Of a DNA stretch of 64,000 bases, positions 1 to 11,724 are shown one piece after another. The translations under genes and the position numbers were made by a program. The DNA is from Epithemia pelagica (taxonomy: Eukaryota > Protista > Bacillariophyta), in the NCBI GenBank assembly GCA_946965045.2, contig OX337229.1:248001-312000 (forward strand). Reading direction: 5' to 3'. Each line of letters begins with the position of its first letter. The stretch's first letter is position 1. The notes under the pieces were generated by a model. That model made no database searches, was not told the DNA's origin, and worked only from the letters and a program-made list of their open reading frames with translations.

Positions 1-70
1 CCAGAAAAAGCAAAAAAATCCAAAAAAACCAGAAAAAGCAAAAAAATCCAAAAAAAAACCAGAAAAATAA
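1..70. repeat. A-rich ~28-bp tandem repeat (ccagaaaaagcaaaaaaatccaaaaaaa x2 plus partial)
   Basis: Read directly; second copy at ~7293-7381, where it forms the Lys-rich 3' end of ORF 6481-7434. Confidence 0.85.
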
Positions 71-264
71 CTTGTCGGTTGTCGGTTGCCAGTGGTACGT
101 GCGCACAGTCCTGTCGGATGTGAATCTTTCCTACTCAACCTACTCACTCTACCCCTTCTTCTGTTTCTACCGATTGCTAAATTCTGCTCCTACTCCTACA
201 TCAGCTGAGTCTAGCTAGAGTCCTTGTCGGAGATGTCCTTGTCGGTGTGACGGTTGTCGGTGTT

Positions 265-479
265 ATTGGGGAAGAGTGCCATAGTTGCCCCTGGAGAATC
301 CGTTGATTCATCCGCTTCCCTTATTCTAGTGTCGGTTGTCGGTGTTATCACAAAATCCTGGTGGCACGAGGACTTTGTCCTTGTGTCATCAGGTATGGCA
401 TGGAGACTTCGGTCTCTGTGCCATTGGGGAAGAGTGCCATAGTTGCCCCTGGAGAATCCATTGATTCCTCCGCTTCCCT
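265..479. repeat. 57-bp direct repeat pair (265-321 and 423-479) within a TGTCGG-rich non-coding tract
   Basis: attggggaagagtgccatagttgcccctggagaatcc[g/a]ttgattc[a/c]tccgcttccct: 2 mismatches, spacing 158 bp. Eight TGTCGG hexamers between 73 and 342. Confidence 0.9.
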
Positions 480-981
480 ACCCGCTGTACCTGTGGCCGC
501 GTTGACGACGCCAGCGGGCTTGCGGGAGAGATGCCATCTCTTCTTACCAAGAGCCACACAAAAGAACTTGCGCCGACACACTATACTCCTACGCATTGAA
601 AAAGACTAAAAGTTGGAGCATACTTTCAGCAGGACGCGTTCGACAATGAATAATGTTATGGAGGACTACAGCATCTACATATCTTCTTCTTCTTCTTTTT
701 CTTCCACCGGATGCAGTCTGTCGGATCGGGGTGACTCCCCCCAACACACACACACAAGAAAGGAATCTACCTCGTTTGGTCTCCCATGGTCATGCGCTCG
801 TGACCATGGAATCGGCCGTACCATTTCTCTTGGCGTACGATTGTGGCGGGGGGATGTTGCGGTTGTTGTTGTGTTTTGCATGGTACTTCACTCAACGACG
901 ACAACACGGTCCATGGCAGGACTCTCGGCTGCTCCAGGCTTGGCATGCAGCCAACCGAAACTCGATTCTTCTTGTATGAAT

Positions 982-2539
982 TCATGTCTTCATTCTTGTC
1001 TGTCGTCGTCGTGTTAGATTTGATATTCCAATTCTCCCGATTTGAGTTCCATCCATTCTGAATCCGCCCGTCGCAATCGTTTCAATTCTTGCGTCTTGGT
1101 GTGAATCGTGGCTTGCAATTGCTGCAATTGCTGTTTGGTAACCAGACCAATTCTTGTTCCAAGACGTAGCCTTGTCGTTCGCCGGGAACGTGTCCCCCGT
1201 GGCCCCGGCTAATTGATAATTCACCAGACTGCCGGCCACACTGGGAGCGTGTTTGGCATACCACGAAGTGCGGGGCAAACTGTTGGTACCGGCTTCCTGG
1301 ACGCGGACCGTTCCATTCCACAGTCCGTCGCGACGCAATGCATTGAGAACGTGCAAATTTTCGGCGGCCAAGGGATTGGCGGTGAAATTTTCGCGTTCCA
1401 ACAAGTGACGATTCAAAATGATCCAAACGTGTTGGACCGGTGGTTCGGGAAGAGCCTGGTACAAAAGCCTTGCTCATGTTGGCCAACCGGGTTTCCTTTT
1501 GACTTTTGCAGGGACGATCATGTTGCATGTCCGGTTGAATCCGGGCATGCAAACACATGTAGCCAGTTGGAGGCGGCGAACCAGCCGCCAATGGTGGTGT
1601 TTCAAGCATGCGAGTCTGGGTGGATTGAATCATTTGTGCCAGGTCCGGGTGCGGTCGAAAGGCGCCGTGCATCAGGGCCAAATCGGCCTTGTGTCGGCCA
1701 TGCTCTTGAGGTTGATTGAAAAGGCCCTTGGTATACTGCTTGTAGGCGACAAAGAGTTTGGTTTGTTTCCCGTAGCCATAGGGCAAGGTGGGATTGTCCG
1801 AATTCATCGGCCACTGACTGTTGGATCGCATGTGAATGGGGGAGGGATGATGAACCACCAACCGAGGCAGAGGTGGTTTGTTGTTTGTAGTGTTGTTGGT
1901 TATACTGTTGGATATCATCGCCGTGGTGCTCGTATATTGTTATTCCAATGCACAACGTCAAACAATCCTGCTGCGGCGCCGTCTGTTGCCACCACAAGGA
2001 AAGAACGCTGAGTTTGGTGCTGCACGTCAAATTCCACGTATCCTCCGACAATGTGTGTGGCCGCACCATGTTGACCGATACAGGTGGATGAGCCCAAGAC
2101 GGTGTGCCGTGGAGTCAGAGCTAGATTACACTGTTGTGGATTGGGTTGTGGTTGTTGTTGTTGTTGTGGATTGAGTTGTGGTGGTTGTGCTTGGAATTGT
2201 GGTTGCACTGGTGGTGATGGTGGTTGTGGGACCGTCGCAAAGCGATGCAAAATATCTTGGGCGGCATTTCGAATGGTGGGGGCCCTGGGAGAGCCACAGG
2301 GAATGGGAATGCTCAAGACCGAATCCAAGACATAGTGGGCAATCGGAACACGATAGTCGAAACATACTCTCCAGTGTCGTTGTTCGGGTATAGGAGTACA
2401 CAGCGCCACCACACAAGGGGAGGTTCCTTGTCCTGCGTATTGTTGTTGGAAGGTTGCAAAAAAGGATGATGATAAAGGACAGGAGCGAGGGCGAAACCAC
2501 TGCATCTCTTTCCTCTCGACCGCTTTCATTGAATTTCAA
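982..2539 (-). pseudogene. Frameshifted O-fucosyltransferase-like (GT-B, POFUT-type) gene, copy A
   Basis: Motifs spread over three frames: LFDVVHWN (ORF 1915..2529), LPRLVVHH...YMCLHARIQPDMQ (HxRxExD-like; ORF 1082..1918) and LNRHLLERE...AAENLHVLN...GLWNGTVRVQEAG...GSLVNY (ORF 982..1464). Family assignment from recalled motif similarity only. Confidence 0.5.
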
Positions 2540-2587
2540 AGAGGCGATCTATCTATCCATCGGACGATCCGAATTTGCCACCTCGTT

Positions 2588-4111
2588 TTACTTGTCAAGA
2601 CTTTTCCCTTCTTTCTCAAGACTTTTCCCTTCTTTCTCCACGAACACCCCTTCATAGTACTGAACAGCCTCTTTGCTCCATTGATAATTGTGTCCCAGAG
2701 GATCCTGGGTATTGTGCTTGTCAAAGTTGAAAAAGACAATCTTGTCCTTGATTTGGTCACAAATCCGACATTGTCGATCGCCGTTGAGACCCAAGGGCAC
2801 CGGATGATTCGATTTACCGCGATAGAATAATCTCCTGTACCAAAGCGCAATTTCTTGGGCCTCGGTCCAGTTAAAACTACGATCGTCCTTTACGAAACCG
2901 TCCTGACGAATCCGATTGGGTCGATCCTTGTCGGCACCCAAGGTCGTGTTGGAGGGAACCGTTTTGGAACGGATAAATCCCCATGGTTACGAACCGACCA
3001 ACGCACCAAATGAGGCATGCGAAAAAACAAGTTGCGATACAGCACCGGCATGAAATTGTGCCGATACAGGTATGTTCGATAGGTCAAAGCAATGTCTGTG
3101 TTGCTATACAAGACATGGACTTTGGATCGCGCCAGAGCGGCAATGTCCCTGCCCGCGTTGGTCATGAAATCAAAGTGTGGTCCCACAGCAGAACTATTCG
3201 TAGGATCGGCCGCAAGTCTAGACTCCGCCTGGATCGAAAGGCCCGTTTGAAACGATGTTGGACGAGGAATCAACGTTCTTTGTGAGGAGTTGTTGGAATC
3301 GTTGAGAGCCGTATCGAAAATGTCTTGACGCACGTCGTCCGCTGCGACCATGAAAATGTGATCAAAGACTGGAGCGCAATCATCATTATTGTTGTCTCGA
3401 TGCGATTGATCCAGGCCTTGCAACACATAATTGCCCATGCTATGACACATGAGACACTTGTTGGTTGGACCAAACTGTGCCAGCAACTTCGAGAGTCCGC
3501 CAAAGGAATGCGCCAAGCGCTGTCCGGCGAGCGGTGCCAAGGTTTCGCGATCCTCATAATAGTCCAGGGCCGATTGCGTCGTATCCCAAATGACAGGAAT
3601 GACATTGTGTATGCTCGATTCGGTCGGGCATTGTATTCCGCAGCCTTGTTCAGGGTCGCTTCCGGAGGGACTGTAAAGCCATGAATGTACAACAAGATTG
3701 GACGATTGTTTGTGCTGTCCTCATCATTTAGGCGACGGATAATTTCCGTCGCATTTCCATCATTGTCGCCAGAAAACAAGACCTGGCCTTGAAATTCAGG
3801 AACAGGCGAGCGAGGAGAGTCCTTGTTTTCTTTCTTCGTGGGTTCTGGGAATTCCAAGATACAGGGATAGTCCAAACTTTTGGAATTGCTAGAAAAGGTG
3901 ACGATATTGGAGGCATGCCGTTCTCCCACACCCACCACGACATAAGGCAAATACCAGTTTGCCGGATCGGTTGTATCTCCATGAGTATCGGCGCTCTGGA
4001 TCCTATTAGTATGGAATGCATTGTCCCCAGTACCACTCACACCATCATCAGGGCAACGACGGCAGAAAATGGGAACAAACCAATCCAGAGCAAAATCTGT
4101 TTCGCATCCAT
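2588..4111 (-). pseudogene. Secreted DUF900-type alpha/beta hydrolase, frameshifted, copy A
   Basis: N-terminal hydrophobic signal (MDAKQILLWIGLFPFSAVVAL), ILLYIHGF, VIPVIW, CHSMGNYVL nucleophile elbow, IFMVAAD, VHVLYSNTDIAL. One-base loss at ~3605 (acaa[t]tgtc) and a further frameshift near 2965. Confidence 0.8.
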
Positions 4112-4414
4112 TATGGTTTCTGTGTCGCTGCTACTTCTTATGACTTCTTTGACCGCTTCTGTCGTTGTGCTTTCGACAACTCCTGGTCACGATCGTTTCT
4201 TCATACGGCATCGATATCCCATCTGGAATATGGATTCTTGGTATGTTGAAGATTTTGGGATCTTTTTGTTGCCGGGACAGCGTTTTTCTCAGTCGTGTGT
4301 GGTCAGTGCTTTTGGATGCCCTCGATAGATATGCTATCTACCCCAACCAAAACGACCATGCTGAGTATCTGAGCGGCATCGGCTGAACAAAAAAGGCCAC
4401 CTTCTATATCCACA

Positions 4415-4416
<2 letters not shown>

Positions 4417-4450
<34 letters not shown>
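4417..4450. repeat. (TC)17 microsatellite
   Basis: Counted; identical length in copy B (11688-11721). Confidence 0.95.
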
Positions 4451-4453
<3 letters not shown>

Positions 4454-4693
4454 CGAACACATGGGCAAAAGAGAGTCCCAGCAGTCCTGCTCGTACTCGA
4501 TATAATGATTTGGATGGGAACCAAAGATCCTATTGCTGTTCAAATAGTTGTTGTTGAAATAGTATACGGCACACGATGAGAGTCTCCTAGAGAAGTACGT
4601 GTGCCTCTTGCGGACATGAGAAACCGAGTCGTGTACCATGAATAGACTTAAACCGGCTCGTTTCGATCGTTCTATATATGGACTGTGAAAATC

Positions 4694-6109
4694 TCAACAG
4701 TAGACATAGGTATGATGTCCCTTGGCTCGTCTACTTGATCGTTGTCGTCGTTGTCCAGATCCTTGTGATGGCGGTGATGATCTTGGACTTGTGGCGGTGC
4801 TGTTGTTGGTGGTGTGATTCTGGGAATGAATGGTAGATCCATATCCTCGTCGTCGTTGCCACACGAGAAATGGCCTGGAAGAAGAAGAAGAAGAAGAGGG
4901 CCCACCAAATGAGTTCCAAGACGAGGAAGTAGATGCCGTGGCAGTGGTGGTGACAGTCGCTACGGATCCATTGCCAGACGAAGAAGTGGTTCCAACGGCC
5001 GATGGACGTGTCCTGGATCGAGGAATGACACGATTGTCTTGTTCTTGTTGTGGTTGCTGTTGATGTTGATGATGATGTACGGTCAAAACATTGGGTTGGC
5101 CATGACTGGACTGACAAGAGGATGGACTGGAGCCATGAGGGCGAACCCACGGGCCACCCATGCGACTGGGGCTTGGGTTTTTGGTGGTGGTCGAGGCGGC
5201 AGCGGTGGCATCCGCAACCGAGGTTGCTTTGGATGTGACCCAAGTACGACACCAATGAGAAGAACCAGCATTAGGTCGACTTGCACAGGAATGCCCCGCA
5301 ACGGTCCTGTTGCGCCTACGAGACGACCCTTGTGAAGGACTAGAAAAAGAAGAAGGTGGACCCCCAGGGCACTGTCGTGGGGAACCATGGCAGCGTCCCA
5401 TTCGTCGTCGTCCTGGATGTTGTTGTTGCTTTGCTGGAGGAAACGATGAAACCTGATGTGGCACGGTTGGACTGGGTGATGATGTTGTGGTGGTTGTGGT
5501 CGTCATGGTCGTTTCCAAGGTGGATTCTGTGCTGGTGATTGTGGAATGATCATTTTCATCATCTTCTTCTTGTGGATCGCTTTCGCTTTCTTTGTCTTCT
5601 TCCGGTACACTCGGGGGAAGAATGGAAAATGGTGGGAGGACAACAATCTCCGGTTCTTCTTGTGCTTCTGGTGAGTCATTATCAACAACAGGAGCCACGT
5701 AAATCTCGGGTTCTTCCAAAGAGGCCTTGTGGGTTGCTTTTTCTTGTTGTTGTTTTCCAGCAGTGCGAGGAGTCGTCGTCGTCGTTGTTCTTTCTCGTTT
5801 CAAATGGAATCGAGCCGGAATCACCACCACTGTTGTTCCCCAGGAACCATTCACGTCGACGACGACGATGATGATGATCCTGATCCGCATGAGACACTGT
5901 TGTTGGTGTCGTCGAATCATCCAAAGGTATCCTGTGACTTTCAAAGGTGGACAACACACTATTCGGGGGAACAAAGAGAATTGGATACAACCAAGTTTGT
6001 AGCGTAGGTTGATGGATGAGTCGAGTCGGTGCGCTCCTTCGCCATGGTGGATTGTTGTTGTTTTGGCTTTTGATACTTTTCTGTTGTCCGCAGGAAGAAA
6101 CATGGCCAT
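4694..6109 (-). CDS. Low-complexity Ser/Thr/Glu/Gln-rich hypothetical protein, copy A (true frame and start uncertain)
   Basis: 471-aa ORF conserved in frame with 12166..13539 despite many in-frame indels (EPEIYVAP...EPEIVVLPPFSILPPSVPEE); no recognisable domain. Confidence 0.4.
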   Translation of the reverse strand: MAMFLPADNRKVSKAKTTTIHHGEGAHRLDSSINLRYKLGCIQFSLFPRIVCCPPLKVTGYLWMIRRHQQQCLMRIRIIIIVVVDVNGSWGTTVVVIPARFHLKRERTTTTTTPRTAGKQQQEKATHKASLEEPEIYVAPVVDNDSPEAQEEPEIVVLPPFSILPPSVPEEDKESESDPQEEDDENDHSTITSTESTLETTMTTTTTTTSSPSPTVPHQVSSFPPAKQQQHPGRRRMGRCHGSPRQCPGGPPSSFSSPSQGSSRRRNRTVAGHSCASRPNAGSSHWCRTWVTSKATSVADATAAASTTTKNPSPSRMGGPWVRPHGSSPSSCQSSHGQPNVLTVHHHQHQQQPQQEQDNRVIPRSRTRPSAVGTTSSSGNGSVATVTTTATASTSSSWNSFGGPSSSSSSSRPFLVWQRRRGYGSTIHSQNHTTNNSTATSPRSSPPSQGSGQRRQRSSRRAKGHHTYVYC

Positions 6110-6480
6110 TTTTCAGGGATTGATGCCTTGCTCGTATAGGTAGGAAGTTTGTAGTTTGGCTCCAGCATGTGATTGCCTTTTATGTAGGAGTAGGAAGGAT
6201 CCATGCCGTCGGAACGTTCCTGTTGTGCCCTTTTGCGGCCATGTGGTGCGGACCCTCGTCTTGGAACTCCGTTGCCCCCGACGGTTGATTGTTGTGTAGT
6301 TGCTGCCATCGGCCCTCGAGGTGCGTTCAACAAACATTGCCCCGACGCGTTCGTATAAACCGACCCCGCTGCCTCGCAATCTCCATGGTCCGATCGCCAA
6401 ACAACACGAAACGCCAACAACAACAACACGCAACAATCCAACACGCACAAAAACAAAATACGAACGAAATACGATTGACC

Positions 6481-7434
6481 ATGATGATGTGTGATTGTGA
6501 TTACTGTTACGAAAAGATGATCAGCTCCGAATGGGCTCTGTTAGTTGCTCCTTTTGTGACTCTCATACTGTGTTACGGTGTCGCTGATGTCCTCGATGAG
6601 GCGAAACTTATCGTCCAACACCTGTTTCGGGTCATTTTCAACAAGAAAAGTCGTACTACAAGTAGCGAGCACGCGGAGCTTCGACACGAACATGCGGAGC
6701 TTCGACAGCTTCGACATGACAAAGCTCAGCTTCAACAACAGCTGGCCATTGCCGAAGCAGAGCTTGCTGCGAAGAACTGCAAGAATGGTCGGCAGGAAGA
6801 TGGAGAGATCGAGATTCGCGATCGCGAGGAGGAGGAGGTCGACGTCGACACTGTTGCTGTTCTGCCTTGCGAGTTCGACGCTGACTTGGACTTCCCTCCT
6901 CTCGCACTCGCACTCGCAGAGGATCTCGAGGACGACGAGGAGACCCCTCCAGTCGACCGTCATGAGCCTGAGCCCGAGCCCTTGCTCATCCCTGACAACG
7001 ACGACGACGAGATCACTTTGGGGCACGACTCACCCCCTCGAAACTCCACCCCTTCTTTCATGGTCGCCAACCCTCCTTCCCCCACCCCCACCCCCACCCA
7101 AAAAGATACCTCGCCCTCGCCTCACATTGACGAGAATGCCCCCCAAAGCGTGATCGAGAGTTCCTCCGGCCCCGAGAACTCCCCGCGTTTGGGTAGGATC
7201 CTTACTGTTGCCTACTCCAACAGGGCACGCCGAATGGTGCACGTTCGACGATCCGCTCGTCTTTTGTCCGCGGGTACGGGTAGTGGTGGAGTTGAAAAAA
7301 ATCCAAAAAACCCAGAAAAAGCAAAAAAATCCAAAAAAACCAGAAAAAGCAAAAAAATCCAAAAAAAAACCAGAAAAATAACTTGTCGGTTGTCGGTTGC
7401 CAGTGGTACGTGCGCACAGTCCTGTCGGATGTGA
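6481..7434 (+). CDS. Orphan protein: N-terminal hydrophobic helix, short coiled coil, acidic/Pro-rich linker, RRSARL motif, Lys-rich tail
   Basis: Intronless ORF (ATG 6481): WALLVAPFVTLILCYGVA; HAELRHEHAELRQLRHDKAQLQQQLAIAEAELAAK; LGRILTVAYSNRARRMVHVRRSARLL. Lies in the 1.4-kb spacer between the duplicated copies. Confidence 0.55.
   Translation: MMMCDCDYCYEKMISSEWALLVAPFVTLILCYGVADVLDEAKLIVQHLFRVIFNKKSRTTSSEHAELRHEHAELRQLRHDKAQLQQQLAIAEAELAAKNCKNGRQEDGEIEIRDREEEEVDVDTVAVLPCEFDADLDFPPLALALAEDLEDDEETPPVDRHEPEPEPLLIPDNDDDEITLGHDSPPRNSTPSFMVANPPSPTPTPTQKDTSPSPHIDENAPQSVIESSSGPENSPRLGRILTVAYSNRARRMVHVRRSARLLSAGTGSGGVEKNPKNPEKAKKSKKTRKSKKIQKKTRKITCRLSVASGTCAQSCRM
7293..7381. repeat. A-rich ~28-bp tandem repeat, second copy
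   Basis: gaaaaaaatccaaaaaacccagaaaaagcaaaaaaatccaaaaaaaccagaaaaagcaaaaaaatccaaaaaaaaaccagaaaaataa. Confidence 0.85.
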
Positions 7435-7575
7435 ATCTTTCCTACTCAACCTACTCACTCTACCCCTTCTTCTGTTTCTACCGATTGCTAAATTCTGCTC
7501 CTACTCCTACATCAGCTGAGTCTAGCTAGAGTCCTTGTCGGAGATGTCCTTGTCGGTGTGACGGTTGTCGGTGTT

Positions 7576-7790
7576 ATTGGGGAAGAGTGCCATAGTTGCC
7601 CCTGGAGAATCCGTTGATTCATCCGCTTCCCTTATTCTAGTGTCGGTTGTCGGTGTTATCACAAAATCCTGGTGGCACGAGGACTTTGTCCTTGTGTCAT
7701 CAGGTATGGCATGGAGACTTCGGTCTCTGTGCCATTGGGGAAGAGTGCCATAGTTGCCCCTGGAGAATCCATTGATTCCTCCGCTTCCCT
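7576..7790. repeat. 57-bp direct repeat pair, copy B (7576-7632 and 7734-7790)
   Basis: Same sequence as 265-479 at offset 7311. Confidence 0.9.
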
Positions 7791-8292
7791 ACCCGCTGTA
7801 CTTGTGGCCGCGTTGACGACGCCAGCGGGCTTGCGGGAGAGATGCCATCTCTTCTTACCAAGAGCCACACATAAGAAATTGCGCCGACACACTATACTCC
7901 TACGCATTGAAAAAGACTAAAAGTTGGAGCATACTTTCAGCAGGACGCGTTCGACAATGAATAATGTTATGGAGGACTACAGCATCTACATATCTTCTTC
8001 TTCTTCTTTTTCTTCCACCGGATGCAGTCTGTCGGATCGGGGTGACTCCCCCCAACACACACACACAAGAAAGGAATCTACCTCGTTTGGTCTCCCATGG
8101 TCATGCGCTCGTGACCATGGAATCGGCCGTACCATTTCTCTTGGCGTACGATTGTGGCGGGGGGATGTTGCGGTTGTTGTTGTGTTTTGCATGGTACTTC
8201 ACTCAACGACGACAACACGGTCCATGGCAGGACTCTCGGCTGCTCCAGGCTTGGCATGCAGCCAACCGAAACTCGATTCTTCTTGTATGAAT

Positions 8293-9852
8293 TCATGTCT
8301 TCATTCTTGTCTGTCGTCGTCGTGTTAGATTTGATATTCCAATTCTCCCGATTTGAGTTCCATCCATTCTGAATCCGCCCGTCGCAATCGTTTCAATTCT
8401 TGCGTCTTGGTGTGAATCGTGGCTTGCAATTGCTGCAATTGCTGTTTGGTAACCAGACCAATTCTTGTTCCAAGACGTAGCCTTGTCGTTCGCCGGGAAC
8501 GTGTCCCCCGTGGCCCCGGCTAATTGATAATTCACCAGACTGCCGGCCACACTGGGAGCGTGTTTGGCATACCACGAAGTGCGGAGCAAACTGTTGGTAC
8601 CGGCTTCCTGGACGCGGACCGTTCCATTCCACAGTCTGTCGCGACGCAATGCATTGAGAACGTGCAAATTTTCGGCGGCCAAGGGATTGGCGGTGAAATT
8701 TTCGCGTTCCAACAAGTGACGATTCAAAATGATCCAAACGTGTTAGACCGGTGGTTCGGGAAGAGCCTGGTACAAAAGCCTTGCTCATGTTGGCCAACCG
8801 GGTTTCCTTTTGACTTTTGCAGGGACGATCATGTTGCATGTCCGGTTGAATCCGGGCATGCAAACACATGTAGCCAGTTGGAGGCGGCGAACCAGCCGCC
8901 AATGGTGGTGTTTCAAGCATGCGAGTCTGGGTGGATTGAATCATTTGTGCCAGGTCCGGATGCGGTCGAAAGGCGCCTTGCATCAGGGCCAAATCGGCCT
9001 TGTGTCGGCCATGCTCTTGAGGTTGATTGAAAAGGCCCTTGATATACTGCTTGTAGGCGACAAAGAGTTTGGTTTGTTTCCCGTAGCCATAGGGCAAGGT
9101 GGGATTGTCCGAATTCATCGGCCACTGACTGTTGGATCGCATGTGAATCAAGGAGGGATGATGAACCACCAAGCGAGGCAGAGGTGGTTTGTTGTTTGTA
9201 GTGTTGTTGGTTGTACTGTTGGATATCATCGCCGTGGTGCTCGTATATTGTTATTCCAATGCACAACGTCAAACAAGCCTGCTGCGGCGCCGTCTGTTGC
9301 CACCACAAGGAAGGAGGATCAGAATGCTGAGTTTGGTGCTGCACGTCAAATTTCATGTACCCTCCGACAATGTGTGTGGCCGCACCATGTTGACCGATAC
9401 AGGTGGATGAGCCCAAGACGGTGTGCCGCGGAGTCAGAGCTAGATTAGACTGTTGTGGATTGGGTTGTGGTTGTTGTTGTGGATTGAGTTGTGGTGATTG
9501 TGCTTGGAATTGTGGTTGCACCGGTGGTGATGGTGGTTGTGGGACCGTCGCAATGCGATGCAAAATATCTTGGGCGGCATTTCGAATGGTGAGGGCCCTG
9601 GGAGAGCCACAGGGAATGGGAATGCTCAAGACCGAATCCAAGACATAGTGGGCAATCGGAACACGATAGTCGAAACATACTCTCCAGTGTCGTTGTTCGG
9701 GTATAGGAGTACACAGCGCCACCACACAAGGGGAGGTTCCTTGTCCTGCGTATTGTTGTTGGAAGGTTGCAAAAAAGGATGATGATAAAGGACAGGAGCG
9801 AGGGCGAAACCACTGCATCTCTTTCCTCTCGACCGCTTTCATTGAATTTCAA
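8293..9852 (-). pseudogene. Frameshifted O-fucosyltransferase-like gene, copy B
   Basis: Near-identical fragments (8393..9229, 8293..8727); also split over frames. Confidence 0.5.
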
Positions 9853-9899
9853 ATAGGCGATCTATCTATCCATCGGACGATCGAATTTGCCAACTCGTT

Positions 9900-11382
9900 T
9901 TACTTGTCAAGACTTTTCCCTTCATTCTCCACGAACACGCCTTCATAGTACTGAACAGCCTCTTTGCTCCATTGATAATTGTGTCCCAGAGGATCCTGGG
10001 TATTGTGCTTGTCAAAGTTGAAAAAGACAATCTTGTCCTTGATTTGGTCACAAATCTGACCTTGTCGATCCCCGTTGAGACCCAAGGGCGCCGGATGATT
10101 CGATCTACTGCCATAGACGATTCTACGGTACCAAACCGCAGTTACCTCCGCATCAGTCCTGTCGATACTACTATCATCTTTTACGAAACCGTCCTGAAGA
10201 ATCCGATTTGGTCGATCCTCGTTGGCCCCCAAGGTAGTGTTGGTGGGAACAATTTTCGAAAGAACAAGCCCCCATAGTTTGCCACCCGACCAACGCACCA
10301 CATGAGGGATGCGAAGAAACAAGTTGCGATACAGGACCGGCATGAAATTGGTCCGATACAGGCAGGTTCGATAGGTTAGAGCAAGGTCCGTGGTGCTATA
10401 CAAGACATGAACCTTGGATCGCGCCAGAGCGGCAATGTCTCGACCTGCATTGGTGAAGAAATCAAAGTGTGGTCCCACAGCAGATCTATTCGTAGGATCG
10501 GACGCACGTCTCGAATCCGCCTGTCTCGAAAGGCCCGTTTGAAAAGACTTTGGAGGAGGAATCCATTGTCGTTGTGAGGAGGAAGAGGAGGTGTAATCGT
10601 TGAAAGCCGTATCAAAAATGTCTTGACGCACGTCCGCTGCGACCATGAATATGTGATCAAAGACTGGAGCACAATCATGATTAGTATTTTCTCGATGCGA
10701 TTGAGCAAGGGCTTGCAACACATAATTGCCCATGCTATGACACATGAGACACTTGTTGGTTGGACCAGCACCAAACTGTGCCAGCAACTTCAAGAGTCGT
10801 CCAAAGGATTGCGCCAAGCGTTGTCCGGCGAGGGGTGCCAAGGTTTCGCGATCCTCATAATAGGCCGCGGCCGATTGCGTAAGTTCGATTCGGTCGCGCA
10901 TTGTATTCCGCAGCCTTGTTCAGAGTCGTTTCCGGGGGGACCGTAAAGCCATGAATGTACAACAAGATCGGACGTTTGTTTGTGTTGCCCTCATTCAGGC
11001 GACGGATTATTTCCGTCGCGTTTCCATCATTGTCGCCACAAAATAAGACCCGGCCTTGAAATTCAGGAACAGGCGAGCGAGGAGAATCCTTGTTTTCTTT
11101 CGTGGGTTCTGGGAATTCCAAGATACAAGGGTAGTCCAAACTTCTGGAGTTGCGAGAAAAGGTGACGACATTGTTGGAGCTGGAGGCATGTCGTTCTCCC
11201 ACACCCACCACGACATACGGCAAATACCAGTTTGCCGAATCGCTTGAATCTCCAGGAGTATCGGCGCTCTGGATCCTATTCGTATGGAATGCATTGTCTC
11301 CAGTACCACTCACCATCGCCAGGGCAACGACAGCAGAAAATGGGAACAAACCGATCCAGAGCAAAATCTGTTTCGCATTCAT
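9900..11382 (-). pseudogene. Secreted DUF900-type alpha/beta hydrolase, frameshifted, copy B
   Basis: ORFs 10855..11382 (signal, ILLYIHGF) and 9900..10901 (CHSMGNYVL, IFMVAADV). A ~30-nt out-of-frame deletion near 10890 removes VIPVIW. Confidence 0.8.
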
Positions 11383-11685
11383 TATTGTTTCTCTGTCGCT
11401 GCTACTTCTTATGACTTCTTTGACCGCTTCTGTCGTTGTGCTTTCGACAACTCCTGGTCACGATCGTTTCTTCATACGGCATCGATATCCCATCTGGAAT
11501 ATGGATTCTTGGTATGTTGAAGATTTTGGGATCTTTTTGTTGCCGGGACAGCGTTTTTCTCAGTCGTGTGTGGTCAGTGCTTTTGGATGCCCTCGATAGA
11601 TATGCTATCTACCCCAACCAAAACGACCATGCTGAGTATCTGAGCGGCATCGGCTGAACAAAAAAGGCCACCTTCTATATCCACA

Positions 11686-11687
<2 letters not shown>

Positions 11688-11721
<34 letters not shown>
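11688..11721. repeat. (TC)17 microsatellite
   Basis: Counted; identical to 4417-4450. Confidence 0.95.

Positions 11722-11724
<3 letters not shown>

Larger units (their letters stand above)
1..5920. repeat. Segmental direct duplication, copy A (may extend left of the window)
   Basis: Aligns by eye to 7312-13437. ORF pairs at offset 7311 (254..442 / 7565..7753; 613..1017 / 7924..8328) have identical translations. Homology ends after 'tgatccgcatgagacactgttg(t/g)ggtgtcgtcgaatc' at ~5920 / ~13437. Confidence 0.97.

Noticed and set aside
1-70. A-rich 28-bp repeats as a CRISPR array
   Set aside because: Units are adjacent with no unique spacers, no cas genes are present, and the context is eukaryotic.
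3560-3625. Intron explaining the DUF900 frame change
   Set aside because: No GT-AG pair restores the frame, and the skipped region itself encodes the conserved VIPVIW strand.
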